From Massilicoli timonensis (lineage in GTDB: Bacteria; Bacillota_I; Bacilli_A; Erysipelotrichales; Erysipelotrichaceae), in NCBI RefSeq assembly GCF_900199515.1, contig NZ_LT963434.1, positions 24,057 to 56,056 of the forward strand: a stretch of DNA of 32,000 nt. The letters are read 5' to 3'. A model generated the notes under the pieces. It had not been told where the DNA came from. It did no database searches and was given only the letters and a program-made list of their open reading frames with translations. Position numbers and translations under genes: made by a program. Positions 1-9,600 of this stretch are shown here, one piece after another (positions within the stretch are counted from its first letter, which is position 1; each line of letters starts with the position of its first letter).

Positions 1-13
1 TGTTATAATCCCA

Positions 14-26
14 AGTTTGACACCTA
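14..26. repeat. Left terminal inverted repeat of the IS
   Basis: agtttgacaccta is the exact reverse complement of 1967-1979. Confidence 0.8.
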
Positions 27-106
27 GACAATGAAAAAACTCAAGAAAAGCTGATAAATAAAGGCTAATCTTGAGTTTTCGTTTTGTAACGATATGTGGT
101 ATTTTT

Positions 107-1837
107 TTATCTGTTCTTTGATTTGTGGATAATATTTCTCATTTTCTTCTGTTTGATAATCTGGGTATCTGTATAAAATCCAAACAATTCATGTAATTTG
201 TCTGTTAGATCGGTTCGTTTATAAGTCGGTATATATCCATATCCTTCTATCTCACATACATTCATTTCTCGTAATGTATGTATGATCTGTTCTACGCTAT
301 ATTCCTTATCTAACTTTTCTTCCAGTAAACGATAAACCAATAGTGATATGAAACAGATCAGAAAATGCGCCTTGATCCGATCCTCTCTTTGTAAATATAC
401 CGGCCTTGCCTCAAACTCTGTTTTCATGATACGAAAGCATTCTTCTATCTGCCATCTTCTTTGGTTGATCTGAATAATTTCTTCTATGCTTCCATCTATA
501 TCCGTTGTAACGGCATAGAAACCATCATACATTGCTTCTTGTCCTATCTTTTCCTGATCTAGTTCATAAATAACTTGATCAGCGACTTCTCCATATTCTG
601 TAACGGATGTTTTCTTTATGAATCTAGCCGGATCATTCGGGTTCTTCCGCTCTTTTCTAATGTTCTTGCTTGTATTTAATAGTTTTTGTGCTCGTTCTAA
701 TTGCTTTTGACGTATATTTGCTTGATAAGCACGATATTTAGGCGAATAGGTTACGATCATCGTTTCAGATAGTTTCTTTGATTCGATAGGTACTTCTTTA
801 TAATAAATCTCTCCGTAAACAGATGGATCGCTTTCGTCTAATTCACGCAAATCGATCAATCGATTACTTCCTACTTTTCTAAATTGAGTAGGATCCAAAG
901 CAATTTCTCTATCTTCTTTCTTCAGTTTCTTCAAGGATTGGGCAATAACATAAGAACGTCCTTGCATATCATTGAACAGTTTATTATCTTGAGAACCTAG
1001 ACCGGCATCACTGCAATAGATAAACTCACTGCAATCAAAATCACGAATGATCTTCTGTTCTAAAGGCTTCAATGTTTTCTGTTCATTTTGATTACCGGGA
1101 TACAGATCGAAAGCCAAAGGGATCCCGTCGGTATCCATAAACAGTCCCATCGTAACGATTGGATTTGGCCGATGTTCTTTTGATTTTCCATATTTTCTTA
1201 AATCATCGTCCTCTTCAATTTCAAAATAGTAATTGGTACAGTCATAATAAAGGACCTTTGTATTACGATGATGAATGAAGTGAGAGTTCTTATAAACTTC
1301 GGATTGAATATAATCAGATTCTTGAGCGAGAATAGATAACGCTCTGTAAATATGATGGATATCATATTTAGGCTGTTCCAGCAAGGTGTGAGCGAAATCA
1401 TAAGAGCTCTTTTTACTGGAAGGATGAAGGATACGAGAATAGATCAGATCGGAGAAGATGGATTGAATAGGGAAAGTGAAGTTATGACGGGTTTTCATGT
1501 TGCGGAAGATATTATCGAAGCGAAGCTGAGAGCAAATAGATTGAAGAAACAAATAACCGCAATTAAAAGAATGTTGTTCATTTTTCTTGATATGTAGATT
1601 AGGATGAAAAGATATAGAAACTTTTTCATTTTCTTGATCATATTGTTCGGTAGCAAGACGAGCCTGCTCTTTGGCCCAGGCAAGGACCTGATCACGATCA
1701 TTGTTATGAAGAGGAAGGAGTTGATCCATAGAGCCAAGTTTTTTATAGATTTTGGAAGTATTCTTACCGTTTATTCTGTAAGAGTGAATAATATATAGTT
1801 GTTCAGCATTCTTAGATTTGACAATATTGATACGCAT
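107..1837 (-). CDS. IS1634-family (IS4-like DDE) transposase
   Basis: The ORF is uninterrupted at 576 aa. The N-terminus MRINIVKSKNAEQLYIIHSYRINGKNTSKIYKKLG and the overall length are typical of IS1634-family transposases. I chose the ATG at 1837 because it follows a GGTGGTGA Shine-Dalgarno by 7 nt. The track ORF extends to 1879. Confidence 0.8.
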   Translation of the reverse strand: MRINIVKSKNAEQLYIIHSYRINGKNTSKIYKKLGSMDQLLPLHNNDRDQVLAWAKEQARLATEQYDQENEKVSISFHPNLHIKKNEQHSFNCGYLFLQSICSQLRFDNIFRNMKTRHNFTFPIQSIFSDLIYSRILHPSSKKSSYDFAHTLLEQPKYDIHHIYRALSILAQESDYIQSEVYKNSHFIHHRNTKVLYYDCTNYYFEIEEDDDLRKYGKSKEHRPNPIVTMGLFMDTDGIPLAFDLYPGNQNEQKTLKPLEQKIIRDFDCSEFIYCSDAGLGSQDNKLFNDMQGRSYVIAQSLKKLKKEDREIALDPTQFRKVGSNRLIDLRELDESDPSVYGEIYYKEVPIESKKLSETMIVTYSPKYRAYQANIRQKQLERAQKLLNTSKNIRKERKNPNDPARFIKKTSVTEYGEVADQVIYELDQEKIGQEAMYDGFYAVTTDIDGSIEEIIQINQRRWQIEECFRIMKTEFEARPVYLQREDRIKAHFLICFISLLVYRLLEEKLDKEYSVEQIIHTLREMNVCEIEGYGYIPTYKRTDLTDKLHELFGFYTDTQIIKQKKMRNIIHKSKNR

Positions 1838-1966
1838 AGAAGGATCACCACCTAACGACATTATAACACAATACGGCACAATACGCTATACAAAAACTAA
1901 AAAATTGACAAAAAAAGTATAAAAAAAGCTTTTGATTAAGCCTTTATTTGAATATTGTTATTTTTT

Positions 1967-1979
1967 TAGGTGTCAAACT
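1967..1979. repeat. Right terminal inverted repeat of the IS
   Basis: taggtgtcaaact is the exact reverse complement of 14-26. Confidence 0.8.
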
Positions 1980-2035
1980 CCCGCGGATCTACTACACGCC
2001 CTGGTTTTCTTTCTTTGTGAATTCGGCACATGAGT

Positions 2036-2065
2036 TTGGCTTTCTGAAATAAAATGTGTTACAAT
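2036..2065 (+). promoter_or_regulatory. Candidate sigma-A promoter for holA
   Basis: TTGGCT (2036-2041), an 18-nt spacer, then TACAAT (2060-2065). A TG at 2057-2058 gives an extended -10 (TGtTACAAT). Confidence 0.35.
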
Positions 2066-2080
2066 ACAGGCGGTGATGTG

Positions 2081-3040
2081 ATGAATTATGTGCTGTATGG
2101 CGAGGAACATTATTTATTAAAGGAAGCCTTAGAAAAAATCAAAAAAGAAGCAGGGTGTGATCAAAATGCGATGAATCTGATCACGTATCACGCCCGCCAA
2201 GATAAACTGCGCGCTGTACTGGATGATGCGATGACCGTCCCTTTTTTTGCGGAACAGAAGGTCATTGTCGTCGATCACTGTGATTTTCTATGTGCAAAAG
2301 CGACAAGCGACTGGAATTTAGAAGAACTGCTCGCTTATCTGCGCAAACCGTTGGCAAGTACGGTGCTCGTGCTGCTGGTTCATCACGATAAGCTGGATAC
2401 GCGTAAAAAAGGGGTAAAGGAAATCCAAAAACTATGTCGCTGCCTCAGTTTCGCCAAATTGGACGAACAGCGTAAATCAGCGGTTTTGCGGGAACTGATC
2501 CGGCAAAAAAAGATCAGGATCGATGAACCTGCATTTCACGTATTGGAACTGCGCCTTCCTGCCGATTTGCAGGTCATTCATCAGCAATTAGATAAACTGG
2601 CGCTTTACGGTGATTTTGTCGATGAGAAAATCGCGATGGCAATGGTGCCAAAGCCTTTGGAAGAAGATGTATTCGCAATGGTAAACGCGATCATTGCCGG
2701 AAAGATGAAGCAGGCGTTCGCCCTGTATCGCGATCTGGAGGCACTGCATCATGACGCGATCTATTTGTTGGCGGTGCTCGCTTCTCAGCTGCGTTTTCTT
2801 TATCAGGTGGCTGTGTTGATGCGCAAAGGCTATCGGCAGGCGGAAATCGCTGATTATCTGCATGCGCATCCATATCGGGTCAAGCTCTCGATGCAAAGCG
2901 TTCAGCTGTTGTCGCCGAATCAATTATGGAAGCTGTTAGCCAAATGTGCACAGCTCGATCAGAATATGAAAGCGGGAAAGATCGATAAGCGTCTCGGTTT
3001 TGAACTGCTGCTACTGGATATAAGGAGAGATCAGTTATGA
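2081..3040 (+). CDS. holA: DNA polymerase III delta subunit
   Basis: The N-terminus MNYVLYGEEHYLLKEA and the C-terminal HPYRVKLSMQ...LDQNMKAGKIDKRLGFELLLL both align by eye to B. subtilis HolA (YqeN). The gene is convergent with rpsT, as in Bacillus. The start is set at the ATG at 2081; the track ORF starts at 2054. Confidence 0.85.
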   Translation: MNYVLYGEEHYLLKEALEKIKKEAGCDQNAMNLITYHARQDKLRAVLDDAMTVPFFAEQKVIVVDHCDFLCAKATSDWNLEELLAYLRKPLASTVLVLLVHHDKLDTRKKGVKEIQKLCRCLSFAKLDEQRKSAVLRELIRQKKIRIDEPAFHVLELRLPADLQVIHQQLDKLALYGDFVDEKIAMAMVPKPLEEDVFAMVNAIIAGKMKQAFALYRDLEALHHDAIYLLAVLASQLRFLYQVAVLMRKGYRQAEIADYLHAHPYRVKLSMQSVQLLSPNQLWKLLAKCAQLDQNMKAGKIDKRLGFELLLLDIRRDQL

Positions 3041-4773
3041 AATCATTGAAAGAGTTATATCGGATCGGACCGGGTCCGTCCTCCTCTCATACACTGGGAC
3101 CAATGCGTGCCTGTTTGAAGTTTAAGGAAGCACATCAAGGCGCTGCCTGCTTTCAGGCAGAATTGTTTGGCTCTTTGGCTTTGACGGGGAAAGGGCATCA
3201 CAGCGACCAGATCATTATTGATACACTGGCACCGATCCCGTGCACCGTTCTTTTTTCACAGGCGGAACAACTGCCTCACCCTAATACGATGAAGCTGCAT
3301 GCGATCGATGCGGAAGGAAAGATCTATGACACTTGGACGATCTGTTCGATCGGCGGCGGCGCCCTGCATATTCTTGAGATACAGGATGAAATGGAAGGGA
3401 AAGAAATCTATCCGCAGAAAAACTTCCAGGAGATCAAAGCGGAATGTCTGCGGCGCAAGATTTATTTGCGTGATTATGTCGATCAGTATGAGCAGATCGA
3501 TGACTATTTGAGCGAAATCATGGATGCGATGATGAAGGCAGTAGAGCGCGGTCTTGGCGCAGATGGCTATCTGCCCGGGAAGCTGCACCTTTTAAGAGTA
3601 GGAAGGAATCTTTATCGCAAGGCGCTTACCTGTAACGATCCAATCATAAAAGAAAAGATGCTGTTATGCGCCTATGCATATAGTGTTTCAGAGGAAAATG
3701 CGGCCGGCGGCTATGTGGTAACGGCGCCTACCTTAGGAAGCAGCGGTATTCTGCCCGCAATCGTTTATTATTTTTATCATGATAAGGGCTATTCGAAGCA
3801 ACAGATCATTACCGGTTTGAAAATTGCCGGGATCATCGGTAATCTGATCAAGCAAAATGCGACGATCTCCGGTGCGCAGGGCGGCTGTCAGGCGGAAATC
3901 GGGGCTGCCTGTGCCATGGGAGCAGCCATGATCGCATCTTTACAGGGGCTAAACGACGCGATGATCGAATATGCGGCAGAGATCGGCATCGAGCATCATT
4001 TGGGGCTTACCTGTGATCCGGTCGGCGGCTATGTCATGATCCCCTGCATTGAACGCAATGCGGTGGCAACCTTGCGTGCCATGGACGCAGCCTTTTTATC
4101 CGGCACGCTGAGTGAACTCAAGGGCAATCGCGTTTCACTGGATATGGTCATCAATACGATGAACTACACCGGCCGCAAGCTGGCAATCGAATTAAAGGAA
4201 ACGTCGTTAGGCGGTTTGGCGACAGTCGTTCCGCTGGAGGATAAGATCATCAATCAGACCATGATCGTTTATGCGTCAAAAAGCGGCAATACCAAACAGC
4301 TTGCCGATGCCTTAGAAAAAGAAATGCTGGTGCGCTCGATCCCGACTGCGGAAATCAGTGAGGAAGAAATCGCCTCCTGCCAAAGCTTTTTGATCGGTTA
4401 TTGGGTCAATCAGGGAAATTGCGATGAGGAAACAAAAAAACTTTTGACAAAACTGCATGGCAAACAGATTTTCCTCTTTGGCACGCTCGGGGCAAAGGAC
4501 AGCGGAAATTACTATGATGCGGTAAAACAGCGTGTGGAAGCACTGCTAGGCGATAATGAGTTGATCGGCCATTACTTATGTCAAGGCAAGATCCGCCCCG
4601 AAGTGATCGAACGCTATCGGGTCATGGCAAAACAAAAACCGGATGATGAGCATTTACAAATGCAGTTAGAGAATTATGAAGCGGGCATCACCCATCCGGA
4701 CCAAAATGATATACAACTGTTATTAGAGGCATATCGCTGCATGAAGTCTAAACTGCATGCGCCGAAGCGATAG
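3037..4773 (+). CDS. Iron-sulfur L-serine ammonia-lyase (single-chain beta+alpha type) fused to a C-terminal flavodoxin-like domain
   Basis: The N-terminus carries IGPGPSSSHTLGPMRA, the beta-domain signature. The alpha domain carries GGCQAEIGAACAMGAA, LGLTCDPVGGYVMIPCIERNA and the cluster cysteines. The frame continues without a stop into a roughly 170-aa flavodoxin-like module. The start ATG overlaps the holA stop (ATGA at 3037-3040). Confidence 0.85.
   Translation: MKSLKELYRIGPGPSSSHTLGPMRACLKFKEAHQGAACFQAELFGSLALTGKGHHSDQIIIDTLAPIPCTVLFSQAEQLPHPNTMKLHAIDAEGKIYDTWTICSIGGGALHILEIQDEMEGKEIYPQKNFQEIKAECLRRKIYLRDYVDQYEQIDDYLSEIMDAMMKAVERGLGADGYLPGKLHLLRVGRNLYRKALTCNDPIIKEKMLLCAYAYSVSEENAAGGYVVTAPTLGSSGILPAIVYYFYHDKGYSKQQIITGLKIAGIIGNLIKQNATISGAQGGCQAEIGAACAMGAAMIASLQGLNDAMIEYAAEIGIEHHLGLTCDPVGGYVMIPCIERNAVATLRAMDAAFLSGTLSELKGNRVSLDMVINTMNYTGRKLAIELKETSLGGLATVVPLEDKIINQTMIVYASKSGNTKQLADALEKEMLVRSIPTAEISEEEIASCQSFLIGYWVNQGNCDEETKKLLTKLHGKQIFLFGTLGAKDSGNYYDAVKQRVEALLGDNELIGHYLCQGKIRPEVIERYRVMAKQKPDDEHLQMQLENYEAGITHPDQNDIQLLLEAYRCMKSKLHAPKR
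4261..4770 (+). other. Flavodoxin-like domain (C-terminal module of the serine dehydratase ORF)
   Basis: MIVYASKSGNTKQLADAL contains the SxSGNT FMN-phosphate loop. It is followed by FLIGYWVNQGNCDEE, IFLFGTLGA and YLCQGK, a pattern typical of short stand-alone flavodoxin-family proteins. It is in the same frame as residues 1-408, with no intervening stop. Confidence 0.7.
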
Positions 4774-4900
4774 GGCAAAAGGTTTCAGGCTGTCATTGAT
4801 GAATCGATATTTGTGTACGCATTGAAGTATCATTCTTTCCAACCGTTATCCTATATAAAGATTTAAGAAGTCGGTTTATAGTACTGCTCCTGATTTCTGA

Positions 4901-4945
4901 AACAGCGCTGCTTTTCTTCACCTGAAGAAGAACAGCGTTGTTTTA
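4901..4945 (+). terminator. Rho-independent terminator after the dehydratase-flavodoxin gene
   Basis: A long imperfect hairpin forms between aaacagcgctgcttttcttca and tgaagaagaacagcgttgtt, ending in a T-run (4941-4944). Confidence 0.6.
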
Positions 4946-4970
4946 TGATCCGATGATAGAAACAGATGCA

Positions 4971-4998
4971 TAAAAAAATCCGATCGTCATGATCGGAT
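4971..4998 (-). terminator. Rho-independent terminator of rpsT
   Basis: An 8-bp stem atccgatc / gatcggat (4978-4985 / 4991-4998) is followed on the minus strand by a 7-nt U-run (complement of A 4971-4977). Confidence 0.8.
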
Positions 4999-5013
4999 CT
5001 AAATCGTATCTTT

Positions 5014-5277
5014 TTAAGCAATTCCGTTGATCAGTTTGCTTAAACGTGCTTTCTGACGGCTTGCGTAGTTTTTATGATGGATGCCTTTGGCAACCGCCTT
5101 ATCCAGCTTAGAACTTGCAACCGCATATGCGGAAACTGCAGCCTCTTTATCATTTGCATCTACTGCCGCAAGAACTGCCTTGATTGCTGTTTTCAGTGCA
5201 GATTTCTGAGAAGTAACCGCTAAATGTCTTTTGTTATTGGTTAAAACACGTTTTTTCTGTGATTGAATCTGTGGCAT
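5014..5277 (-). CDS. rpsT: 30S ribosomal protein S20
   Basis: An 87-aa basic protein beginning MPQIQSQKKRVLTNNKRHL, which is typical of S20. An AGGAGG-type RBS (aggaggtgc) lies upstream on the minus strand. Confidence 0.95.
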   Translation of the reverse strand: MPQIQSQKKRVLTNNKRHLAVTSQKSALKTAIKAVLAAVDANDKEAAVSAYAVASSKLDKAVAKGIHHKNYASRQKARLSKLINGIA

Positions 5278-5309
5278 GTTTGCACCTCCTAGTTTTTAAT
5301 TGCTTTCCA

Positions 5310-5338
5310 ATTATAACAAATACTCTATAAAAAAGCAA
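5310..5338 (-). promoter_or_regulatory. Candidate sigma-A promoter of rpsT
   Basis: The minus strand reads TTGCTT, a 17-nt spacer, then TATAAT with an extended TG (TGtTATAAT). Confidence 0.6.
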
Positions 5339-5365
5339 TAAAAGAATCAATAAAAAGCCATACTA
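5336..5365 (+). promoter_or_regulatory. Forespore (sigma-G/F-like) promoter candidate for gpr
   Basis: cAATA, an 18-nt spacer, then CATACTA. The recalled B. subtilis sigma-G consensus is GHATR-18-CATXHTA, so the -10 matches 7/7 and the -35 matches 4/5. The site ends 18 nt upstream of the gpr start. Confidence 0.4.
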
Positions 5366-5382
5366 CCGAAAGAGGTGAAAAA

Positions 5383-6243
5383 ATGCCGTTGAAAAACTTT
5401 GAAATCCGTACTGATTTCGCCGATGAATGGATCTTAAATCATCAAGAGGATGATAGTTTTACACATCATATCATGCAAAAAGAGGGAATCGATCTGCACT
5501 TCATTCAGATCCTGAAAGAAGAAAATAGCCTGCATAAACAAAAAGGAATTTATGTAACGCTCGCTTATGAGAAGATGGATGACAGAGAGGCGCGATTGAA
5601 GATCGCTTCGACGCTGCAATTCTGCATACGGGAGCTTTTGGAAAAGATGGAAGTAACACCGCACAAGTTTCTTGTCGTCGGCTTGGGCAACCGTATGGTC
5701 GCAAGTGATGCGCTGGGTCCTTTGGTGGCTAATGAGATCATGGTAACGGCTCATTTTTACAAGGACGGCAGTTTTGATATGAAAGGCACGCAGGAAGTTG
5801 CGGCGATCGTTCCCGGAGTAATGGGACAGACCGGGATTGAGTCGGGAGAGATCGTAAAAAGCATTGTCGATACGTATGGACCGGAACTGGTCATTGTGGT
5901 CGACGCACTTGCCACCGGCAGTACGGCGCGCATCAATCGGGTGATCCAGTTAAACAGCGTCGGGATCATACCGGGCAGCGGGGTCGGCAACCATCGCATG
6001 AAATTGGATGAAGAAACACTGGGCGTACCGGTTTTATCGCTAGGCGTGGCAACGGTCATCTCGGTGGCGGCGATCGTGAAAGAATGTGTTCCGCAATTAG
6101 ATTTTGAACAGCTGCAAGAGGCACATCCCTTTTTTCACTTGGTCGTTACGCCGAAGTCGATCGATGTTGAGATGAAGCAATTATGCGAGATACTGGCATT
6201 GGCGCTGAATCGTTTTCTGCATCCTGACTTTGATAAATTATAA
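5383..6243 (+). CDS. gpr: GPR endopeptidase (spore germination protease)
   Basis: VVGLGNRMVASDALGPLV, VPGVMGQTGIESGEIV, VDALATGS, GIIPGSGVGN and VVTPKSID all align by eye to B. subtilis Gpr. The position next to rpsT is conserved. Confidence 0.9.
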   Translation: MPLKNFEIRTDFADEWILNHQEDDSFTHHIMQKEGIDLHFIQILKEENSLHKQKGIYVTLAYEKMDDREARLKIASTLQFCIRELLEKMEVTPHKFLVVGLGNRMVASDALGPLVANEIMVTAHFYKDGSFDMKGTQEVAAIVPGVMGQTGIESGEIVKSIVDTYGPELVIVVDALATGSTARINRVIQLNSVGIIPGSGVGNHRMKLDEETLGVPVLSLGVATVISVAAIVKECVPQLDFEQLQEAHPFFHLVVTPKSIDVEMKQLCEILALALNRFLHPDFDKL

Positions 6244-6339
6244 AAGCTTTCTGTTTATCTGTGCGTTCTGCATTCAGTTCGATTACGTTCAAAAATATAG
6301 ATTTTTTAAGCATAAAGTGAAACTATTAGAACAAATGGA

Positions 6340-6367
6340 TTGTTTTATTTTTACTTCGTGCTATAAT
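6340..6367 (+). promoter_or_regulatory. Candidate promoter P1 upstream of the surface-protein gene
   Basis: TTGTTT (6340-6345), a 16-nt spacer, then TATAAT (6362-6367). Confidence 0.35.
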
Positions 6368-6412
6368 TCAATTGTGATAACAAATATTTATGCGATAATT
6401 TGCGAAAAGGGG

Positions 6413-6441
6413 TTGACAGTCATGCTGAGAGCTGCGACAAT
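6413..6441 (+). promoter_or_regulatory. Candidate promoter P2 upstream of the surface-protein gene
   Basis: A perfect TTGACA (6413-6418), a 17-nt spacer, then GACAAT (6436-6441). The microsatellite begins 4 nt downstream. Confidence 0.4.
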
Positions 6442-6444
6442 CGT

Positions 6445-6480
<36 letters not shown>

Positions 6481-6523
6481 GTAAAATCTGCCCATTTTTC
6501 GCAGAGCATTTATCCGCAAATCG

Positions 6524-6595
6524 AACAGGCAAAGCGCTATTTTAGTAACGATGCTATCGTTATCTAAAACAGTTGCTTTGCCTGTTTTCGTTTTG
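6524..6595 (+). terminator. Terminator-like (attenuator?) hairpin in the 5' leader of the surface-protein gene
   Basis: A 12-bp perfect outer stem aacaggcaaagc (6524-6535) / gctttgcctgtt (6575-6586) encloses an inner hairpin taacgat-gct-atcgtta (6546-6562). The structure is followed by ttcgttttg. Confidence 0.45.
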
Positions 6596-6647
6596 TAATA
6601 GTTGTTATCAAGATGATTGTATGTAATCAAAGAAAGGAGTGAACGAT

Positions 6648-9600
6648 ATGTGCAAAAAAGCATGGAATCGTTTGGCGATTTTTGTCATATCTTTTTTGAT
6701 GTTGATCGCCGGAATCAAAAACGGCTACTTCGTTTATGCTTTAGACCAAGAGAAGCATAGCGGTTATCAGTTTGTGGTTACGTATGATGCAGAGAAAAGA
6801 AGTGCTGCGATCACAGGTAATGATGCAAATGTTGACGGATCGGTAAAAATTTTAAGCATTGCGACAGGAGATAAAACGCTGGATCTTGCGCATCCGGAAC
6901 TGACTGTAACAGCGAACGGCGAATATACGTTCCAGATCCGTTATGAGCAAACGACAACTGTTGAAGGAAACAAACAGACAACACAAGAGGAAGAAACCCT
7001 TTCTGTAACAGTAGATGAAATTGAAGAGGAATCAACAAAGATTATCGAAGAAAGTGCAGATCAAGCGATGCCAAAGGCGCTTTCTGCACCGTTGGCGGAA
7101 ACTGTATATGAGGTGGCGAATGAAACACAGCATAATACTGCGATAAATAAAATTGCAAGCAGTGCGGAAACAAAGGCAACGATCAAGTTTACAAGTGATA
7201 TCAATAGAGAGATTGCAATCCGTGGAGTTGCCGGAAAGCATATCACTTATCAGGCCGCAGACGGTGTCAACGCAAAGGTTACGATCAATCGCGAGATTAC
7301 TCTGGAAGGCGATCTTACATTGGATAATGTGATATTAGATGGATCCTTTAGTACGACCAAAGAATTTTATTGTGGCGGTCATCTATTCGAGACGACCGAA
7401 CGAACAAAAACGAGCGATACTATTTCTCCTGAAGCTTATACCATTTACGGCGGGGGTGCGGATGGTAAAGATGTAACGGGCGGCACCAATATCATTTTAC
7501 GCGGCGGTGTGTTCAACTGGGTTTACGGCGGCGGTAAAAACAGCAATGTAACCGGTAATGTAAACGTAACGATCGGCAGCATGATAGCACAAGATAAAAG
7601 TCTTGTGAAATTTCGGCGTATCTATGGTGGCTCGCTCAATGGCAGTATCAACGGTAATATCAATCTGAAGTATTATTCCGGTACGGTTTCTTCTGGCTTA
7701 GTTTATGGTGGAAGCGATGGGGAAAAGTCCGCGGCACCGCTTGAAATAAACGGAGATATCAATGTGCAATTAGGATATGCAGGCATGAACAATGATGTTA
7801 TTTCGTATTCATCCGTTACTGCTGCAGGAAGAAATACGACTGTGAAAAATGTGAACCTTGCGGTATATGACAACGGAAATTCTACCATTTATGCTGGATA
7901 TGATAATACTATTTTAGGAGATGTCGATTTATCAGTTGCCGGCAGCGGTGATAAAGGTCATGATATTTATGCGGCCGGACAGGGAACGATGAATATCGGC
8001 GGCGATGTTGATGTTAGTTATTCGTTCATCAATACCGCTTCTTCCGAATATGGTTTTCCAACCCTAGAAATAATCAGCGGCGGCACTGCCAATATCGGCG
8101 GTGATGTGACTGTGGATTTATCAAAAACCGACCAGACCTATCAATTTGAAAAATTGAGTATCAACCACAATTCCGGCACCTTAAATGTAGCGGGCGATTG
8201 TGTATTAAATATTAACGCTAATGTGAAAGCGGGATATTTATGCGGTAATCGTACAGATACACGCGGCAATACTGCAAATGCCAAAAATACAATCAATTTT
8301 GCCAGCGGTGTGCAAGCCAAAGTCGGCACCATTCAGGAATGCGGCAATATTTTCATAAAAGAACAGGCAAATGTCGAAATCAACAGTAATTATTTCCCAG
8401 TAACGATTCCCTCTACATCTGAAGAAGAGGGAAGAGGTGCTGATCCGTTTTCCTATTGCTATCATCTTACTTTAGAAAAAGGATCGGTATTGAATACACG
8501 TAATGTGACCTGCGCCATTTTAGGAAATGTGGTAATCAATGAAGCCGAGTGGTGGAAAAAAGGTACGGTGGCAATTAGAGGGAATTATACCGCGCATCAT
8601 GCGAAGCTGTATATCCCGGCAGTGATCAGCGGTCAAAATTATGGAACGGCATCAAGCAATGCGATTACCTTGCGTATCTTTGGCGAAGCGAAAGGAGACA
8701 GCACGGTTTATCTGATGGATCGCACGAACTGGACCGAAACAGCTTCAGTCATCGGTGATAATTACATTGCGGCCTTAAAGCTGGCAGATGATGCACCGGC
8801 GCAAAGCGTGTTTGTCTTACATAAAGAAAATGCAGATGATCAGCACTATCTGAAACGAGTTGACGATGTTAAGTACGCTACCTACTATATGTGGCAGATC
8901 AATCGTGAGATCGTCTATGATTATCAGAAGATCTATGCAGAAGATTTAAGTGTCTATGAGGGCGGTTTAGGTACCGGCAGCAAAGGGCAGGGAGCCGTAG
9001 GCAATGCACTGCCGGAGCCGCATTGGCAAATGTCCTTCGCGGATATGAATATTAAGGTTGGAGATCAGGAATGGTCGATAAACGATCAAGGACTTCCGTT
9101 TACTTGGGAATATCGTAATTTGGAAACCGGAGAGGTCGTAAAAGATTCGGCCAGAGCAGGTGTTTACGGTCTTTATGTATATCCGCTGAAAGATCATGAG
9201 AATGAAATTGTGTCGATTGGCAATCAACAGGCGTTGTATCTGCCGGCAGATGGCTGGAAAGCCGCAGAAATCAAAGTGCGTGACATTACCGACAATGAAA
9301 GCGCCGATGATTTGTCAAACGATATGTTCAAGGCAGTATATAACTATCATTCGCCGTTAGCGGGACGCTTGCGCAATATGATGGTATTCAGTCGTGCATT
9401 GCTGAGCGATCATGCGAACAGTGCATTAAACGGAACCTTTGACGAAACGACCGGGACCCATAGCGAGACATGCGATCAAAGTCAGCCGCATGCACATGTT
9501 TATCCGGGAACCAAATTTCTGAAAAACGGTAAAACCGATCTGCCGGTCAATGCGTATGCGCGTATTGGTCTGTTATGGGATGATCTATTAGATGATGTGC

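Larger units (their letters stand above)
14..1979 (-). mobile_element. IS1634-family insertion sequence, apparently intact (about 1.97 kb)
   Basis: A single long transposase ORF is bounded by 13-bp perfect terminal inverted repeats (agtttgacaccta at 14-26; reverse complement at 1967-1979). A subterminal inverted motif aaataaaggct occurs at 56-66 and 1939-1949. The element is visibly more AT-rich than the flanking genes. Confidence 0.8.
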
